64,000 bases of DNA from an uncultured Pelagibacteraceae bacterium (lineage in GTDB: Bacteria; Pseudomonadota; Alphaproteobacteria; Pelagibacterales; Pelagibacteraceae): NCBI GenBank assembly GCA_902558835.1, contig CACEFK010000004.1, forward strand, positions 13,041 through 77,040, read 5' to 3'. The notes under the pieces were generated by a model. That model saw nothing but the letters and a program-made list of their open reading frames with translations. It searched no databases and was not told the DNA's origin. Position 1 is the first letter of the stretch. Every line of letters starts with the position of its first letter. A program made the translations under genes and the position numbers. Below, piece after piece: positions 23,687 to 36,648 of the stretch.

Positions 23687-25642
23687 TTAATTAAAGTTAA
23701 TTGGGTCAACATCAACTAAAAGTTTTATTCCAGAAGAAAATTTATATTTTGGAATAATTTTTGCAAGAGAGCTTTGTAGTTTCATGGATTTTAAGCCTCT
23801 AATTAAAAATCTAATTCTAAATTTTCTGTTTAATCTAAATAATGGAGCATTCACTGGCCCTAATATTTTTCCTTCAATTTTATTTTCAATAAAATTTTTA
23901 AAGTTAATAGCTTCTTTTTCTAATTTAATTTCATTATCTCCCGTTAAGATTAAAGAAATAAACCTTTGAAATGGAGGTAGTCTATTTTTTTTTCTTATCT
24001 CTAGTTCTCTTTCTAAAAAAATATCTGGATTTTTACTTGTAATTTCTGAAATCATCTTAGTATTATTTTCATAAGTTTGAAAATATACCGTTGCTGGCTT
24101 TCCTGTTCTTCCTGCACGTCCTGAAAGTTGATGATAAAGCTGCAAATTTTTTTCTGCACCTCTTAAATCATGTCCTTGAGATGAAAGATCGATATCAACA
24201 ACTACAATACAATTTAAGCTTGGAAAATGAAAACCTTTTGAAATTAATTGAGTTCCAACCAAAATATGCGTTTCATTATTAATAATTTTATCTATTTTTT
24301 CTTTAGAATCTTTTTTATTCATTGTGTCACTTGAAAAAATCTCTATTTTTTTTCCAGGAAATTTTCTTTTGACCTCTTCTGAAATTCTCTCAACACCAGG
24401 GCCACTAAAAATAAATTCACAATTGCCTTCTTTTGTACAGTTCCTTTTAAGATCAGATTTATATCCACAATAATGGCATAATAAGTTATTTTTATTTTTA
24501 TGATAAACTAAATTGATACTACAATTTGGACATGTAAAACTTGTAAAACACTTATTGCATAAAGCATTTGGAGAAAAACCTCTTCTATTTAAAAAAAACA
24601 GAACTTGATCTTTTTTTTCCAAATGTAAATTAACTTTTTCAATAATTTTATTTGACAGCCATGATTGTTTTTCAAGTTTGGTATTATTTAAATTAATAAT
24701 TTCATAATTGGGTAATGCTGCGTTTTGGTACCTTTCATTTAATCTAGAAACTTCGTATTTACCTTTTTTAATATTTTCAAAAGTTTCTATAGAAGGAACA
24801 GCAGTAATCAAATTGATTGGAATATTTTCAAAAGATGCTCTAGAAATTGCCATATCACGAGCATTGTAAGTTATGCCTTCATCTTGTTTAAATGATTGAT
24901 CATGTTCCTCATCAACAATTATTATTCCTAATTTTTTAAACGGTAAAAATAGAGAAGATCTAGCACCAATAATTATTTTTATTTTACCATTAGAAACTCC
25001 ACTCCAAATTAATTCTTTCTTTTTTTTTGAAATACCTGAATGCCAAACTGCAGGTTTAAAACCAAAATATTCTAAAAATTTTTGTTCAAATTGACTAGTT
25101 AGACCTATTTCTGGCAATAAAATTAATCCTTGAAAACCCCTCTCTATCAGTGGTTTTAACGCTTCAAAATAAACTAAAGTTTTACCTGATCCAGTGGTGC
25201 CTTGTAAAACATGAACTCTAAATTTTTTATTTGAAACATTCATTTTTTTTAGAGATTTATTTTGATCAATAGACAGCTTGATTAAGTTTTGTTTAATTTT
25301 GCTATCAAATATTTGATAAAGTTGGGTTTCTTTGTTCTCTACCGCATCACTACTTAAGAGCACTAACTTTAATGCCATTCCCTTTGGGATAAGATTATAT
25401 TCTGCAAACCAATTTAAAAAGTTTATTGTATTTTTTTTTAATGGAGTAACGTCTAATTTCTTTATTACATTTTTAGTCTTAAAATTTTTATTGTTATTTT
25501 TTTCAAATTCGTCCCAAACAACACCAGTAATTTTGGATTTTCCAAAAGGTACAAGTACATAATCACCAACTTTAAGATTTAAACTACTTTCATAAGTAAA
25601 TGGATGATTAAAAATATTTGGTACAAGAATCGGATATTTCAT
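23687..25642 (-). CDS. priA: Primosomal protein N' (replication restart helicase)
   Basis: QGTTGSGKT, VDEEHD, Cys-rich zinc region, GTQLISKG and QLSGRAGR. Confidence 0.95.
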   Translation of the reverse strand: MKYPILVPNIFNHPFTYESSLNLKVGDYVLVPFGKSKITGVVWDEFEKNNNKNFKTKNVIKKLDVTPLKKNTINFLNWFAEYNLIPKGMALKLVLLSSDAVENKETQLYQIFDSKIKQNLIKLSIDQNKSLKKMNVSNKKFRVHVLQGTTGSGKTLVYFEALKPLIERGFQGLILLPEIGLTSQFEQKFLEYFGFKPAVWHSGISKKKKELIWSGVSNGKIKIIIGARSSLFLPFKKLGIIIVDEEHDQSFKQDEGITYNARDMAISRASFENIPINLITAVPSIETFENIKKGKYEVSRLNERYQNAALPNYEIINLNNTKLEKQSWLSNKIIEKVNLHLEKKDQVLFFLNRRGFSPNALCNKCFTSFTCPNCSINLVYHKNKNNLLCHYCGYKSDLKRNCTKEGNCEFIFSGPGVERISEEVKRKFPGKKIEIFSSDTMNKKDSKEKIDKIINNETHILVGTQLISKGFHFPSLNCIVVVDIDLSSQGHDLRGAEKNLQLYHQLSGRAGRTGKPATVYFQTYENNTKMISEITSKNPDIFLERELEIRKKNRLPPFQRFISLILTGDNEIKLEKEAINFKNFIENKIEGKILGPVNAPLFRLNRKFRIRFLIRGLKSMKLQSSLAKIIPKYKFSSGIKLLVDVDPINFN

Positions 25643-25664
25643 ATTTTTATAATATGAAAAAAAA

Positions 25665-27065
25665 TTAAGAGTGTATTGCTCTTTTATCTACTGATAAAGC
25701 AGCTTCTTTAACTGCTTCAGAAAACGTTGGATGAGCATGACAAGTTCGGGCGATATCTTCTGCACTTGCACCAAATTCCATTGCAACACCAATCTCTGCA
25801 ATTAATTCTCCTGCATGAGGTCCAATTATATGTGCGCCTAATACTTTATCTGTTTGCTCATCAGCTAAAATTTTAACAAAACCTTCTGCATCATCTATGG
25901 CTTTAGCTCTTGAATTAGCCATAAACGAAAATTTCCCTACTTTATATTTTTTATTTAATTCTTTTAATTGTTCCTCAGTTTTACCGATTGATGCTACTTC
26001 TGGTGTTGTATAAACTACTCCTGGAATTGTATCGTAATTTACATGTCCAGATTGACCAACTATGTTTTCTGCAACTGCTATACCTTCGTCCTCTGCTTTA
26101 TGTGCAAGCATTGGACCAACAATTACATCGCCTATTGCATAAATATTTTCAACGTTAGTCTTAAAAATTTTATCTGTTTTAATTCTATTTTTTTCATCAA
26201 GATCTACTCCTACAGAATCTAAATTTAAACCATCTGTATTAGGTTTTCTGCCAACAGAAATTAAAACAACATCACACTCGAAATTATTTTTATTACCATC
26301 TTTATCTACTGTTGAAACCACTGCACCTACTTCATTTTTTTTAATTGTTTCAACTTTATTTTGCATATTAAATTTCATTCCCTGTTTTTTTAATATTTTC
26401 ATAAATTCTGATGAGATTTCTTTATCCATTCCAGGTGTAATATGATCTAAAAATTCAACAACTTGCACCTCTGCTCCAAGTCTTGACCATACAGATCCCA
26501 TCTCCAATCCTATATAGCCTCCTCCTACTACAACCATTTTCTTAGGTACTTTTTCTAACTTTAAAGCACCTGTTGATGAGACAATTGTTTTCTCATCTAT
26601 TTCTATTCCTGGTAATGAAACTGGAACTGATCCTGTTGCAATAACTGTTTTTTCTGTTTGGATGATGGTTTCTTTATTTTTATCATCCTTTATTAAAATT
26701 TCATTTTTAGATTTAAAACTTCCGTGTCCTTTAAAATAAGTAACTTTGTTTTTTTTCAAAAGAAACTCAACACCTTTTGTAAGAACGGTTACAGCTTTAT
26801 CTTTGCTTTTCATCATTTTGTCTAAATTTAATTTTACTTCACCAACTTCAATACCTTTGTTTGCTAAACTTTTTACTTTATGAAATTCTTCAGACAGATT
26901 AAGTAGGCTTTTTGATGGGATACAACCAACATTTAAACAAGTACCTCCCAAAGACCCTCTGGACTCTATACATGCAGTTTTTAATCCTAATTGAGCAAGT
27001 CTGATCGCACAAACATAACCACCTGGTCCACCTCCAATAACTACAGCTTGAAATTTTTCTGACAT
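25665..27065 (-). CDS. lpdA: Dihydrolipoyl dehydrogenase (E3)
   Basis: [20 protein letters not shown] and HAHPTFSE. Confidence 0.97.
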   Translation of the reverse strand: MSEKFQAVVIGGGPGGYVCAIRLAQLGLKTACIESRGSLGGTCLNVGCIPSKSLLNLSEEFHKVKSLANKGIEVGEVKLNLDKMMKSKDKAVTVLTKGVEFLLKKNKVTYFKGHGSFKSKNEILIKDDKNKETIIQTEKTVIATGSVPVSLPGIEIDEKTIVSSTGALKLEKVPKKMVVVGGGYIGLEMGSVWSRLGAEVQVVEFLDHITPGMDKEISSEFMKILKKQGMKFNMQNKVETIKKNEVGAVVSTVDKDGNKNNFECDVVLISVGRKPNTDGLNLDSVGVDLDEKNRIKTDKIFKTNVENIYAIGDVIVGPMLAHKAEDEGIAVAENIVGQSGHVNYDTIPGVVYTTPEVASIGKTEEQLKELNKKYKVGKFSFMANSRAKAIDDAEGFVKILADEQTDKVLGAHIIGPHAGELIAEIGVAMEFGASAEDIARTCHAHPTFSEAVKEAALSVDKRAIHS

Positions 27066-28364
27066 TTAAATATCTAAAAACAACCTTCTAGGGTCTTCTA
27101 AGTTTTCTTTAATCATTTTAAGGAAAGATACAGACTCTTTTCCATCAATAATTCTGTGATCATATGATAATGCTAAATACATAATTGGTCTTATTTTGAT
27201 TTCACCGTCTACAACAACAGGTCTTTCCACTATATTGTGCATACCCAACACTCCAGATTGAGGTAAATTTAGTATTGGGGTTGAAAGCATAGACCCATAC
27301 ACACCTCCATTACTTATTGTAAATGTTCCTCCCTGGAGATCTTCAATCGTTAACTTTCCATCTCGTGCTTTTTCTGAAATTTCTTTAATATTTTTTTCGA
27401 TATCAGCAAAGGATAATTCATCTGCATTTCTTAAAACTGGAACAACCAAACCCTTATCTGTTCCAACAGCAAAGCTAATATTGTAATAGTTTTTATAGAT
27501 AATCTCATCTCCGTCTATTTCAGCATTCACCGCAGGGAAATTTTTTAGAGCAACTACACATGCTTTTACAAAGAAAGACATAAATCCTAATTTTATCCCA
27601 TAACGAGATTGGAAATCCTCTTGATTTTCTTTTCTCATTTCCATTACACTGCTCATATCAACCTCATTAAATGTTGTTAAAAGAGCGGCATTCTCTTGGG
27701 CTTGCTTTAATCTTTTCGCAATAGTTTGTCTCAACCTGGTCATCTTAATTCGTTCTTCTTCACCATATTGAATTTTTCTTTCAGATGGTTTTGGATTTGC
27801 TCCCATCAAACTTATTAAATCCCCTTTTAAAACTCTTCCATCTTTGCCTGAGCCTTGAATTGAATTAATATCAATATTATTTTCAGCAACTATTTTTCTC
27901 ACTGCTGGAGACAAGGTTGGATTCATATCTCTTTTAGGAGCAACTTCTGTTTTAACTTCCTCTGTTAAGACTAAAGGTTTTTCTTTAGATTTTTTGATTT
28001 CTTTTTCTTCAAATATTTTTGGTTCTTTTTTACTAGCATCTAATTTTATTACATTGTTCTCTTTAGGAGTAATTTGCTCTTTCTTTATTTCTTCTTTCTT
28101 TATTGGTGTAGATTTAACCACCCCACTACCTGCTGATACAGAACCTAATAATGCTCCTACTTCAACAACCGATCCATCTTGTGAATTAATTTCAGTCAAT
28201 ACTCCAGAAATTGGTGATGGCACTTCTAAATTTACTTTATCTGTCTCAAGTTCAACAATTGGCTCATCTGCTTCAACTGCATCGCCTGGATTTTTAAGCC
28301 ATTTTGCAACAGTCGCTTCTGTTATACTTTCGCCAAGAACTGGTACTAAAATTTTTTCACTCAT
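27066..28364 (-). CDS. sucB: 2-oxoglutarate dehydrogenase E2 (succinyltransferase)
   Basis: Lipoyl motif ETDKV, E3-binding domain and catalytic DHRIIDG. Confidence 0.97.
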   Translation of the reverse strand: MSEKILVPVLGESITEATVAKWLKNPGDAVEADEPIVELETDKVNLEVPSPISGVLTEINSQDGSVVEVGALLGSVSAGSGVVKSTPIKKEEIKKEQITPKENNVIKLDASKKEPKIFEEKEIKKSKEKPLVLTEEVKTEVAPKRDMNPTLSPAVRKIVAENNIDINSIQGSGKDGRVLKGDLISLMGANPKPSERKIQYGEEERIKMTRLRQTIAKRLKQAQENAALLTTFNEVDMSSVMEMRKENQEDFQSRYGIKLGFMSFFVKACVVALKNFPAVNAEIDGDEIIYKNYYNISFAVGTDKGLVVPVLRNADELSFADIEKNIKEISEKARDGKLTIEDLQGGTFTISNGGVYGSMLSTPILNLPQSGVLGMHNIVERPVVVDGEIKIRPIMYLALSYDHRIIDGKESVSFLKMIKENLEDPRRLFLDI

Positions 28365-28369
28365 TATAA

Positions 28370-31288
28370 TTAATTAAACACCTCGTTAATTATTTCTTGT
28401 TGTTGAGAATTATGCCTTTTGGCGTATCCTGTTGCAGGAGTTGCATCTGGGCTTCTTCCTATATAAGAAATTTTGTTATTATTAGCCTTTAAAGTGTCTA
28501 ATGTCCATTGGATATAATCTCTTACTGAAAACCAGGCACCCATATTTTTTGGTTCTTCTTGACACCAAAAAAATTGAGCATTTTTAGCATATGGTTTTAA
28601 CTCCTTAACTAAAGCTTTTGCTGGAAACGGATATAATTGTTCTATTCTATACATCACAACATCATCTCTTTTCATCTTTTCTCTTGCATCTAATAAATCA
28701 AAATATATTTTTCCAGAGCAAAGAATTACTTTTTTAATTTTAGAACTTTCTTTTAGTTCAATAAATCCTTTAGACTTAGGGTCAATAGCATGGTCCCATA
28801 GAACTCTATGAAAGGTATTGTCTTTGTTAAAATCTTCTAAATTTGATACACAGTATTTATTTCTTAATAGTGATTTTGGTGTCATTATAATTAGAGGCTT
28901 CCTAAAACTTCTATGCATTTGTCTTCTCAAAGCATGAAAGTAATTTGCTGGAGTTGTGCAATTCATTACCTGCATATTGTCGTTTGAACATAATTGTAAA
29001 AATCTCTCTAATCTTGCTGAGGAATGTTCTGGTCCTTGTCCTTCATATCCATGAGGTAACAACATTACTATACCAGATGCTCTATTCCATTTTCTTTCTC
29101 CAGATGCAATAAATTGATCAATTACTACTTGAGCTCCATTTGCAAAATCACCAAATTGAGCCTCCCAAAGAGTAAGAGTGTTTGGTTCCACAAGACTGTA
29201 ACCGTATTCAAAACCTAAAACCGCAAGTTCAGATAAAAAACTATCTACTACTTCAAAATGGTTTTGATTATCAGAAATATTATTAAGAGGAACATACCTG
29301 GAGTTATCTAGTTGATTTCTTAAAACAGAATGTCGTTGACTGAATGTCCCTCTGCCAGAATCTTGTCCTACAAGTCTGACCGGATATCCTTCTTCAAGCA
29401 ACGATCCAAAAGCAAGCGCTTCTGCTGAAGACCAATCAATTCCAGTACCCTTTTCAATACTTTCTTTTCTGGCATTAAATATTTTAGAGATAGTTTTATG
29501 AATATTTTTTTCTTCAGGGATAACATTGATTTTATCTGAAATTAATTTTAATTTGTTTTCCTCATAGCCTGTTATACCTCTTTTATCTTTACCTCTTTCA
29601 GGTTTATATCTTGACCAGGTTCCTTCAAACCATTCTATTTTAGGATTATAATCTTTTGCACTCTTATATTGTTCATCAAGTAAATCCTTAAATGATTTAA
29701 CGTTTTGATTTAATAATTCTTGCGTTATAGAATTTTCATTTACAAGTTTATTTCCATAAATCTTATAAACGCTAGGGTGTGATCTAATTTTTTTATACAT
29801 TAAGGGTTGGGTAAATGAAGGCTCATCCCCCTCATTATGTCCAAACCTTCTGTAACAAATTAGATCTACAACTACGTCTCTGTTAAATTTTAATCGAAAT
29901 TCTGTTGCTATTCTAGTCGCATAAACAACTGCTTCTGGATCATCTCCATTAACATGAAGGATCGGTGCTTCTACCATTTTTGCAACATCTGATGGATAAG
30001 GTGAGGACCTAGCAAATCTTGGGCTTGTAGTAAATCCTATCTGATTATTTACAATAATATGAATTGTTCCACCGGTATTGTGGCCTGGTAATCCAGACAT
30101 CGCAAAACATTCAGCTACTACTCCTTGACCAGCAAAAGCTGCATCTCCATGAATGAGTATTGGTATAACTTTATTTCTCTCTTTATCTTTATGGAAAAAT
30201 TGTTTAGCTCTTGTCTGTCCTAAAACTACAGGGTTAACAGCCTCTAAATGTGAAGGGTTATCTGTTAAACTTACATGAACTGAGTTTCCATCAAACTCTC
30301 TATCTGATGATGCTCCAAGATGATATTTGACATCTCCAGCGCTATCTTCGCTGTCAGAACTAAACTCACCTGCAAACTCGTTAAAAATTCTTTTATAAGA
30401 TTTTTGTAAAACATTTGCCAATACATTAAGTCTGCCTCTATGAGACATACCTATCTTAACTTCTTTTATATTATTTTGCCCACCAATTTTTACTATTTGT
30501 TCAAGGGCAGGTATTAAACTTTCTCCGCCATCTAAACCAAACCTTTTTGTCCCCACATACTTGGTAGCTAAAAATTTTTCAAATCCTTCTGCTTGTACTA
30601 ATTTATTTAAAATTGCTTCTTTACCATTTTTTGTAAATTGAAGTGCATTTTTATCTTGCTCTATCCTGTCTCTAAACCACTTTCTTTCAACTGGGTTTGA
30701 AATATGCATGAACTCATAACCTATTTTTCCACAATAGGTCTTCTTCATAAACTTAAGTATTTCTCTTATATTTGCATATTTACGATTAATTACCCCGTTT
30801 AGAAAAATTTTCTTATCATAATTTTCTTTTTTAAAACCATAAAAATCTGGATGAAGCTCATCTAAATATTCTGACTCTCTCATTTCTAGAGGATCCAAAT
30901 CTGCTAATAAATGTCCTCTTAGTCTATATGCTCTAATTAATGCTACAGCACTTATAGAATCTTTGTTAGAGTCAGCAAGTAATTGAAAATTAAATTTTTC
31001 TGAAGTATCTAATTTGACATTATCAAAATCATTTTTATCCTGTTCTTCTATTTTTTTTTGTAATTCATCAATATCAATCTTTTTTTTAGTTGGTCCCCAT
31101 GATGGACCATTAATTTCTTTTGCTATTACATTTAATTCTTCACCAATTCCTTCAAAATAACTTGCCCAACTTTCTGGAAGATCTGCATCTTTATTAATAA
31201 ATTTTAAATACATTTCTTCAATGAATGCACTATTAGACTTGTTTAAAAATGAAGTTTTTTCGAAATCAAGATTTTTTGATGAAGACAT
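28370..31288 (-). CDS. sucA: 2-oxoglutarate dehydrogenase E1
   Basis: [27 protein letters not shown] and [13 protein letters not shown]. Confidence 0.98.
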   Translation of the reverse strand: MSSSKNLDFEKTSFLNKSNSAFIEEMYLKFINKDADLPESWASYFEGIGEELNVIAKEINGPSWGPTKKKIDIDELQKKIEEQDKNDFDNVKLDTSEKFNFQLLADSNKDSISAVALIRAYRLRGHLLADLDPLEMRESEYLDELHPDFYGFKKENYDKKIFLNGVINRKYANIREILKFMKKTYCGKIGYEFMHISNPVERKWFRDRIEQDKNALQFTKNGKEAILNKLVQAEGFEKFLATKYVGTKRFGLDGGESLIPALEQIVKIGGQNNIKEVKIGMSHRGRLNVLANVLQKSYKRIFNEFAGEFSSDSEDSAGDVKYHLGASSDREFDGNSVHVSLTDNPSHLEAVNPVVLGQTRAKQFFHKDKERNKVIPILIHGDAAFAGQGVVAECFAMSGLPGHNTGGTIHIIVNNQIGFTTSPRFARSSPYPSDVAKMVEAPILHVNGDDPEAVVYATRIATEFRLKFNRDVVVDLICYRRFGHNEGDEPSFTQPLMYKKIRSHPSVYKIYGNKLVNENSITQELLNQNVKSFKDLLDEQYKSAKDYNPKIEWFEGTWSRYKPERGKDKRGITGYEENKLKLISDKINVIPEEKNIHKTISKIFNARKESIEKGTGIDWSSAEALAFGSLLEEGYPVRLVGQDSGRGTFSQRHSVLRNQLDNSRYVPLNNISDNQNHFEVVDSFLSELAVLGFEYGYSLVEPNTLTLWEAQFGDFANGAQVVIDQFIASGERKWNRASGIVMLLPHGYEGQGPEHSSARLERFLQLCSNDNMQVMNCTTPANYFHALRRQMHRSFRKPLIIMTPKSLLRNKYCVSNLEDFNKDNTFHRVLWDHAIDPKSKGFIELKESSKIKKVILCSGKIYFDLLDAREKMKRDDVVMYRIEQLYPFPAKALVKELKPYAKNAQFFWCQEEPKNMGAWFSVRDYIQWTLDTLKANNNKISYIGRSPDATPATGYAKRHNSQQQEIINEVFN

Positions 31289-31323
31289 CTTTTTTATTTA
31301 ATATATCCCTCTAATATTTTTTT

Positions 31324-32199
31324 TCAATTAGACAGTTTATTAAATAAAGTTTTTCCAATGATTGATGGTGATTTGGCAACAGTAATGCCACATTCTTCCA
31401 TTTTTTTAATTTTATCTTCAGCTCCACCTTTACCACCTGAAATTATAGCACCAGCATGTCCCATTCTTCTGCCTGGAGGAGCAGTAATTCCTGCAATAAA
31501 TCCAACTATTGGCTTTTTGATCTTGTGATTTTTTACAAATTCAGCAGCTTCCTCTTCCGCAGTTCCTCCAATTTCACCTATCATTAAAATAGACTCTGTT
31601 TCATCATCATTTAAAAATAAATCTAAACAGTCTATAAAATTTGTTCCGTTAATAGGATCTCCACCAATTCCTATACAAGTTGATTGACCGAGTCCATTTT
31701 CAGTTGTTTGAGCTACTGCCTCATATGTCAATGTTCCTGACCTTGATACAATTCCAACACTTCCTCTTTTATGAATATTACCTGGCATGATTCCTATTTT
31801 ACATTCATCTGGTGTAATTATTCCTGGACAATTAGGTCCTATCAATCTGCTATTAGAGCCACTTAATTTTTGTCTTACCTTAAGCATATCTTGGATTGGA
31901 ATTCCCTCTGTTATACAAACAATAAGTTCAACTGATGAATCAATAGCTTCAATTATTGCTGCTGCAGCAAATTTTGCAGGTACATAAATCATAGTCGCGT
32001 CAGCACCTACTTCATTTTTTGCTTCTAAAACACTGTTAAAAACTGGTCTATCTAAATGTTTTTGTCCACCTTTCTTTGGCGTAACTCCACCAACAAGATT
32101 GGTGCCGTATTTTATAGCCTGTTCTGAATGAAAAGTTCCGTGCGCGCCTGTAAATCCCTGACAAATAACTTTTGTATTCTTATTTACTAAAACTGACAT
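31324..32199 (-). CDS. sucD: Succinyl-CoA synthetase alpha subunit
   Basis: QGFTG, GPNCPG and RMGHAGAI. Confidence 0.98.
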   Translation of the reverse strand: MSVLVNKNTKVICQGFTGAHGTFHSEQAIKYGTNLVGGVTPKKGGQKHLDRPVFNSVLEAKNEVGADATMIYVPAKFAAAAIIEAIDSSVELIVCITEGIPIQDMLKVRQKLSGSNSRLIGPNCPGIITPDECKIGIMPGNIHKRGSVGIVSRSGTLTYEAVAQTTENGLGQSTCIGIGGDPINGTNFIDCLDLFLNDDETESILMIGEIGGTAEEEAAEFVKNHKIKKPIVGFIAGITAPPGRRMGHAGAIISGGKGGAEDKIKKMEECGITVAKSPSIIGKTLFNKLSN

Positions 32200-32200
32200 A

Positions 32201-33361
32201 TTATTTTATTGCCTCAACAATTTTCTTAGCTGCATCATCTAAATTTTCTGCTGAAATTAATTCTAAACCAGAATTATCAAGAATTTCTTTTCCCTCTTTA
32301 AAATTTGTACCTGCTAACCGTACAACTAGAGGAACACTAATATTTATTTCCTTGGCTGCATCAACTACTCCTTGAGCAAGGACATCACATCTCATTATTC
32401 CTCCAAAAATATTAATTAAAATACCTTTAACATTTTTATCTGAGAGAATTATCTTTAATGCAGCAGATACTTTTTCTTTGGATGCGCCACCACCTACATC
32501 TAAAAAATTTGCTGGCTCTTTACCATACAATTTAATTATATCCATTGTTGCCATTGCTAATCCTGCCCCATTCACCATACAGCCAATACTTCCATCTAGC
32601 TTGATATACGCAAGATCATGCTTGCTAGCTTCTATCTCGGTAGGATCTTCCTCATTTAAATCTCTTAATTCAACAATTTCTGGATGCCTGAATAAAGCGT
32701 TAGAGTCGAAATTAACTTTTGCATCTAAACAAACAATTTTTTCCTCTTTTGTCAAAATTAATGGATTTACTTCAACCATGTTAGCATCAGTACTCACAAA
32801 CATTTTATATATTGATTTAATTAATGTTATTGCTTGTTTTTTTGCGTCTTCATTTAAATTAAAAATATTAATTATTTTTTCACAATCTGAATCAGAAATT
32901 TCATCACCCATATCAACTTTTGTAGTTATAATTTTTTCAGGTGAACTGCTTGCAACTTCTTCAATGTCCATCCCTCCTTGGTCACTTGATATAAATGCAA
33001 TTTTAGAACTTGACCTATCAACCAGGCACGATAAGTAAAATTCTTTATCTATATTTGATGATTCTTCTACGTATAATCTTTTTACCTCTCTACCTTCAGG
33101 GCCAGTTTGATGAGTAACTAGTGTTTTTCCAAGTAGTTCTTTAGCTGCTACCGTTAGTTCCTCAATAGAGTTTAAAATTTTTACACCACCAGCTTTTCCT
33201 CTACCTCCAGCATGGATTTGTGCTTTAAGCACATATTTCTCAGTTTTAAGTGCTTTTGCTTTCTGAATAAGTTCATCAACATTAAGCGCAAATACTCCTT
33301 CGGGAACTACAGCTCCATATTTTTTTAATATTTGTTTAGCTTGATGCTCGTGAATATTCAT
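32201..33361 (-). CDS. sucC: Succinyl-CoA synthetase beta subunit
   Basis: [34 protein letters not shown] and [10 protein letters not shown]. Confidence 0.98.
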   Translation of the reverse strand: MNIHEHQAKQILKKYGAVVPEGVFALNVDELIQKAKALKTEKYVLKAQIHAGGRGKAGGVKILNSIEELTVAAKELLGKTLVTHQTGPEGREVKRLYVEESSNIDKEFYLSCLVDRSSSKIAFISSDQGGMDIEEVASSSPEKIITTKVDMGDEISDSDCEKIINIFNLNEDAKKQAITLIKSIYKMFVSTDANMVEVNPLILTKEEKIVCLDAKVNFDSNALFRHPEIVELRDLNEEDPTEIEASKHDLAYIKLDGSIGCMVNGAGLAMATMDIIKLYGKEPANFLDVGGGASKEKVSAALKIILSDKNVKGILINIFGGIMRCDVLAQGVVDAAKEINISVPLVVRLAGTNFKEGKEILDNSGLELISAENLDDAAKKIVEAIK

Positions 33362-33363
33362 TA

Positions 33364-34326
33364 TTATTTAGATAAATCAGGATCTATTTTAGATGCAGCT
33401 TCCCATAAAGCTTTTACAGCATCTATTGAATGCATAAATTCTTTTTTTTCTTTTTCATCTAAATCAATCTCTTCAATTTTTTCTATACCATCTTTTCCAA
33501 TGACAACAGGAACACCTGCATAAACATTTTTCACACCATATTCTCCATTTAATTGTACAGCGCAGGGTAATAATTTTTTTTGATCATTCAAATATGCTTC
33601 TGCCATTTGAACACCTGAAGCTGCTGGTGCATAAAAGGCTGATCCTTTTTCTAAATATTTAACTATTTCCGCACCACCATCTCGTGTTCTTTGATTAATT
33701 TCCTCAACTCTTTCTGAAGAAATTTTTCCATCCTTTACAAGGTCTAACAATGGTTTACCTGAAATTTTTGTAAATCTTGGCATAGGAACCATGGTGTCAC
33801 CATGACCACCCATGACCATTGCCTCAATTTCTCTTACTGGCACATTTAGTTCTAATGATAAAAATAATTTAAATCTCGAACTATCTAAAATACCTGCCAT
33901 ACCAACAACTTTATTTGATGGCAAACCTGAAAATTTTTGAAATGCCATAACCATAACATCTAAAGGATTGGTGATGCAGATCACAAAAGCGTTAGGAGCA
34001 TTTTTCTTTACCCCCTCAGCAACTTGTTTAATAATTTTTAAATTAATTCCAAGAAGATCGTCTCGACTCATTCCAGGTTTTCTTGGAACACCTGCTGTAA
34101 TTATAATTACATCTGAATCTTTTATATCCTCATAGTTATCAGTTCCTGAAAACTTAACATTGAAACCATCTACAGATGAAGATTGTGCAATATCTAACGC
34201 TTTTCCTTTTGCAATACCACTAGCTACATCAAATAAAACCACTTCATTTACTAATTCTTTTGTTCCTATTAAATGCGCAAGAGTTCCGCCTATTTGGCCT
34301 GCACCAATTAAAGATATTTTTGTCAT
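33364..34326 (-). CDS. mdh: Malate dehydrogenase (LDH-like)
   Basis: [18 protein letters not shown] and GGHGD. Confidence 0.97.
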   Translation of the reverse strand: MTKISLIGAGQIGGTLAHLIGTKELVNEVVLFDVASGIAKGKALDIAQSSSVDGFNVKFSGTDNYEDIKDSDVIIITAGVPRKPGMSRDDLLGINLKIIKQVAEGVKKNAPNAFVICITNPLDVMVMAFQKFSGLPSNKVVGMAGILDSSRFKLFLSLELNVPVREIEAMVMGGHGDTMVPMPRFTKISGKPLLDLVKDGKISSERVEEINQRTRDGGAEIVKYLEKGSAFYAPAASGVQMAEAYLNDQKKLLPCAVQLNGEYGVKNVYAGVPVVIGKDGIEKIEEIDLDEKEKKEFMHSIDAVKALWEAASKIDPDLSK

Positions 34327-34335
34327 TTATTTCCT

Positions 34336-35829
34336 TTATTTCATTGTTGGCATAACAAATTCCGCATTTGATCGGACACCTGAAGGCCATCTGGATGTTA
34401 CTGTTTTAAGTTTAGTATAAAATTTTATTCCTTCCATACCATGCATTCCGCTATCTCCGAATAATGATCTTTTCCAACCACCAAAACTATGAAATGCCAT
34501 TGGAACTGGGATAGGTACGTTAATACCAACCATACCTACTTGAATTTTACTTGCAAAAGTTCTGCCTGCATCACCGTCTCTTGTATAAATACTAACTCCA
34601 TTTCCATACTCATGGTCATTAATTAATTTTGCAGCTTCTTCAAAAGTTTTTACTCGAACAACTGATAAGACTGGACCAAATATTTCTTCTTTGTAAATTC
34701 TCATATCTTTATTTACATGATCAAACAAACATCCACCTATATAGAAACCATTTTCATAGCCTTGGAGTTTTAAACCCCTACCATCAACCACTAGCTTTGC
34801 GCCTTCCTCGACACCTAAATCAACGTAGCTTGTAACTTTTTCTAAATGTTCTTTTGTAACTAAAGGTCCCATTTCTGATGCTTTATCCATTCCAGGACCA
34901 ACTTTTAAAGCTTCAGCTTTTTTTGATAATCTTGATACAAGTTCATCACCGATGTCTCCAACCGCAACGGCAACTGATTGAGCCATACATCTTTCTCCAG
35001 CTGAACCATAAGCAGCACCCATTAAACCATTTACTGCACCATCTAAATCACAATCTGGCATAACAACTAAATGGTTTTTTGCTCCACCCAAAGCTTGAAC
35101 TCTTTTTTCATTTTTAGCTGAATTTTCATAAATATATTTTGCAATAGGAGTAGATCCTACGAAACTAACAGCTTTGATATCTTTGTTTTCTAAAATTGCA
35201 TCAACAGCTTCTTTATCTCCATTTATCACATTAAATACTCCTTCTGGAAGACCAGCCTCAGTAAGTAGTTCTGCTAATCTTATTGCGCAGGAAGGGTCTT
35301 TTTCTGATGGTTTAAGAATAAAAGTGTTTCCACAAGCTATTGCTATTGGAAACATCCACATTGGTACCATAGCAGGAAAATTAAAAGGTGTGATACCTGC
35401 AACAACTCCTAATGGTTGTCTGATTGACCAACTATCAACATTGGTACCAACATTTTCTGAAAACTCACCTTTTAATAAATGTGGTATTCCACAAGCAAAT
35501 TCTACCACCTCAAGTCCTCTGGTTAAAGATCCTCTTGCATCTTCATAAACTTTTCCATGTTCTGAAACTATTAACTTCGTTAATTCATCAGAATTTTTTT
35601 CAATTAATTCTTTAAATTTAAATATTATTCTAGCTCTTTGTAGAGCAGGTTTTAAAGACCAAGTTTCAAATGCTTTTTTTGCTACCTCAACAGCACTGTC
35701 TAGATCAGATTTTGAAGCAAGTCTTACCTCTGACTCTTGTTCTCCAGTTGCTGGATTAAAAACTTTTCCTTTTTTATCTGAAGATCCCGGAATTATTTTA
35801 CCGTTTACGAAGTGTTCTATTAATTTCAT
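34336..35829 (-). CDS. mmsA: CoA-acylating (methyl)malonate-semialdehyde dehydrogenase
   Basis: PFNFPAMVPMWM, GGAKNH, GSAGERCMA and GINVPIPVP, as in ALDH family 6. Confidence 0.93.
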   Translation of the reverse strand: MKLIEHFVNGKIIPGSSDKKGKVFNPATGEQESEVRLASKSDLDSAVEVAKKAFETWSLKPALQRARIIFKFKELIEKNSDELTKLIVSEHGKVYEDARGSLTRGLEVVEFACGIPHLLKGEFSENVGTNVDSWSIRQPLGVVAGITPFNFPAMVPMWMFPIAIACGNTFILKPSEKDPSCAIRLAELLTEAGLPEGVFNVINGDKEAVDAILENKDIKAVSFVGSTPIAKYIYENSAKNEKRVQALGGAKNHLVVMPDCDLDGAVNGLMGAAYGSAGERCMAQSVAVAVGDIGDELVSRLSKKAEALKVGPGMDKASEMGPLVTKEHLEKVTSYVDLGVEEGAKLVVDGRGLKLQGYENGFYIGGCLFDHVNKDMRIYKEEIFGPVLSVVRVKTFEEAAKLINDHEYGNGVSIYTRDGDAGRTFASKIQVGMVGINVPIPVPMAFHSFGGWKRSLFGDSGMHGMEGIKFYTKLKTVTSRWPSGVRSNAEFVMPTMK

Positions 35830-35838
35830 GGATACGGT

Positions 35839-35867
35839 GTTTTAGATCAAAAATATCGAATAGTCTA
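35839..35867 (-). promoter_or_regulatory. Putative internal promoter for mmsA-mdh-suc
   Basis: Minus strand TAGACT-N17-TAAAAC, 9 nt before the ATG. Confidence 0.45.
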
Positions 35868-35868
35868 T

Positions 35869-36648
35869 TTAAACATTAGCTGTTGCTAACATTTTTTTTA
35901 TTTCAGCTATAGCTTTTGCTGGATTCAAGCCCTTAGGACATGCATTTGTACAATTTAATATTGTATGGCATCTATATAATTTTAATTCATCTGAAACTTT
36001 TTTTAATCTAGCTTTTCTCTCTTCATCTCTACTATCAATAATCCATCTATAAGCTTGTAGCAGAACTGCTGGACCTAAATATTTATCTCCATTCCACCAA
36101 TAGCTTGGGCAAGATGTAGAACAGCAAGCACACATAATGCATTCGTAAGCACCATCAAGTTTTGCTCTATCTTCTTTAGACTGATAAATTTCTGTTGTCT
36201 GTTTTGTTGAGTTATTTTTTAACCAAGGTTCAATAGATTGATATTGTTTATATAAGCCATCTAAATCACCAATCAAATCTCTTTTAACTTTTAAATGAGG
36301 TAGAGGATAAATATCGATGTCACCGTCTATCTCTGCATGAGGAGTTGTGCAGGCTAGTCCATTTTTTCCTCCCATATTCATAGCACAAGAACCACAAACA
36401 CCATGAGCACAAGACCTTCTATAGGCCAATGTAGGATCAATTTCGTTTTTAATTTTATTTAAAACATCTAGCACCTTAGATGGACAATTATCCATATCAA
36501 CTTCGTATGTATCAATCCTAGGATTTTCTTCTGTCGATGGATCCCATCTATAAATATTTACTTTTCTTAAATTTTTAGATCCAGTTTTGTCTTTAAAATA
36601 TTTGCCTTTTTTAACCTCTGAATTTTTAGGTAAGCTTAGCTGAACCAT
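35869..36648 (-). CDS. sdhB: Succinate dehydrogenase Fe-S subunit
   Basis: Cys clusters [25 protein letters not shown] and [14 protein letters not shown]. Confidence 0.97.
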   Translation of the reverse strand: MVQLSLPKNSEVKKGKYFKDKTGSKNLRKVNIYRWDPSTEENPRIDTYEVDMDNCPSKVLDVLNKIKNEIDPTLAYRRSCAHGVCGSCAMNMGGKNGLACTTPHAEIDGDIDIYPLPHLKVKRDLIGDLDGLYKQYQSIEPWLKNNSTKQTTEIYQSKEDRAKLDGAYECIMCACCSTSCPSYWWNGDKYLGPAVLLQAYRWIIDSRDEERKARLKKVSDELKLYRCHTILNCTNACPKGLNPAKAIAEIKKMLATANV

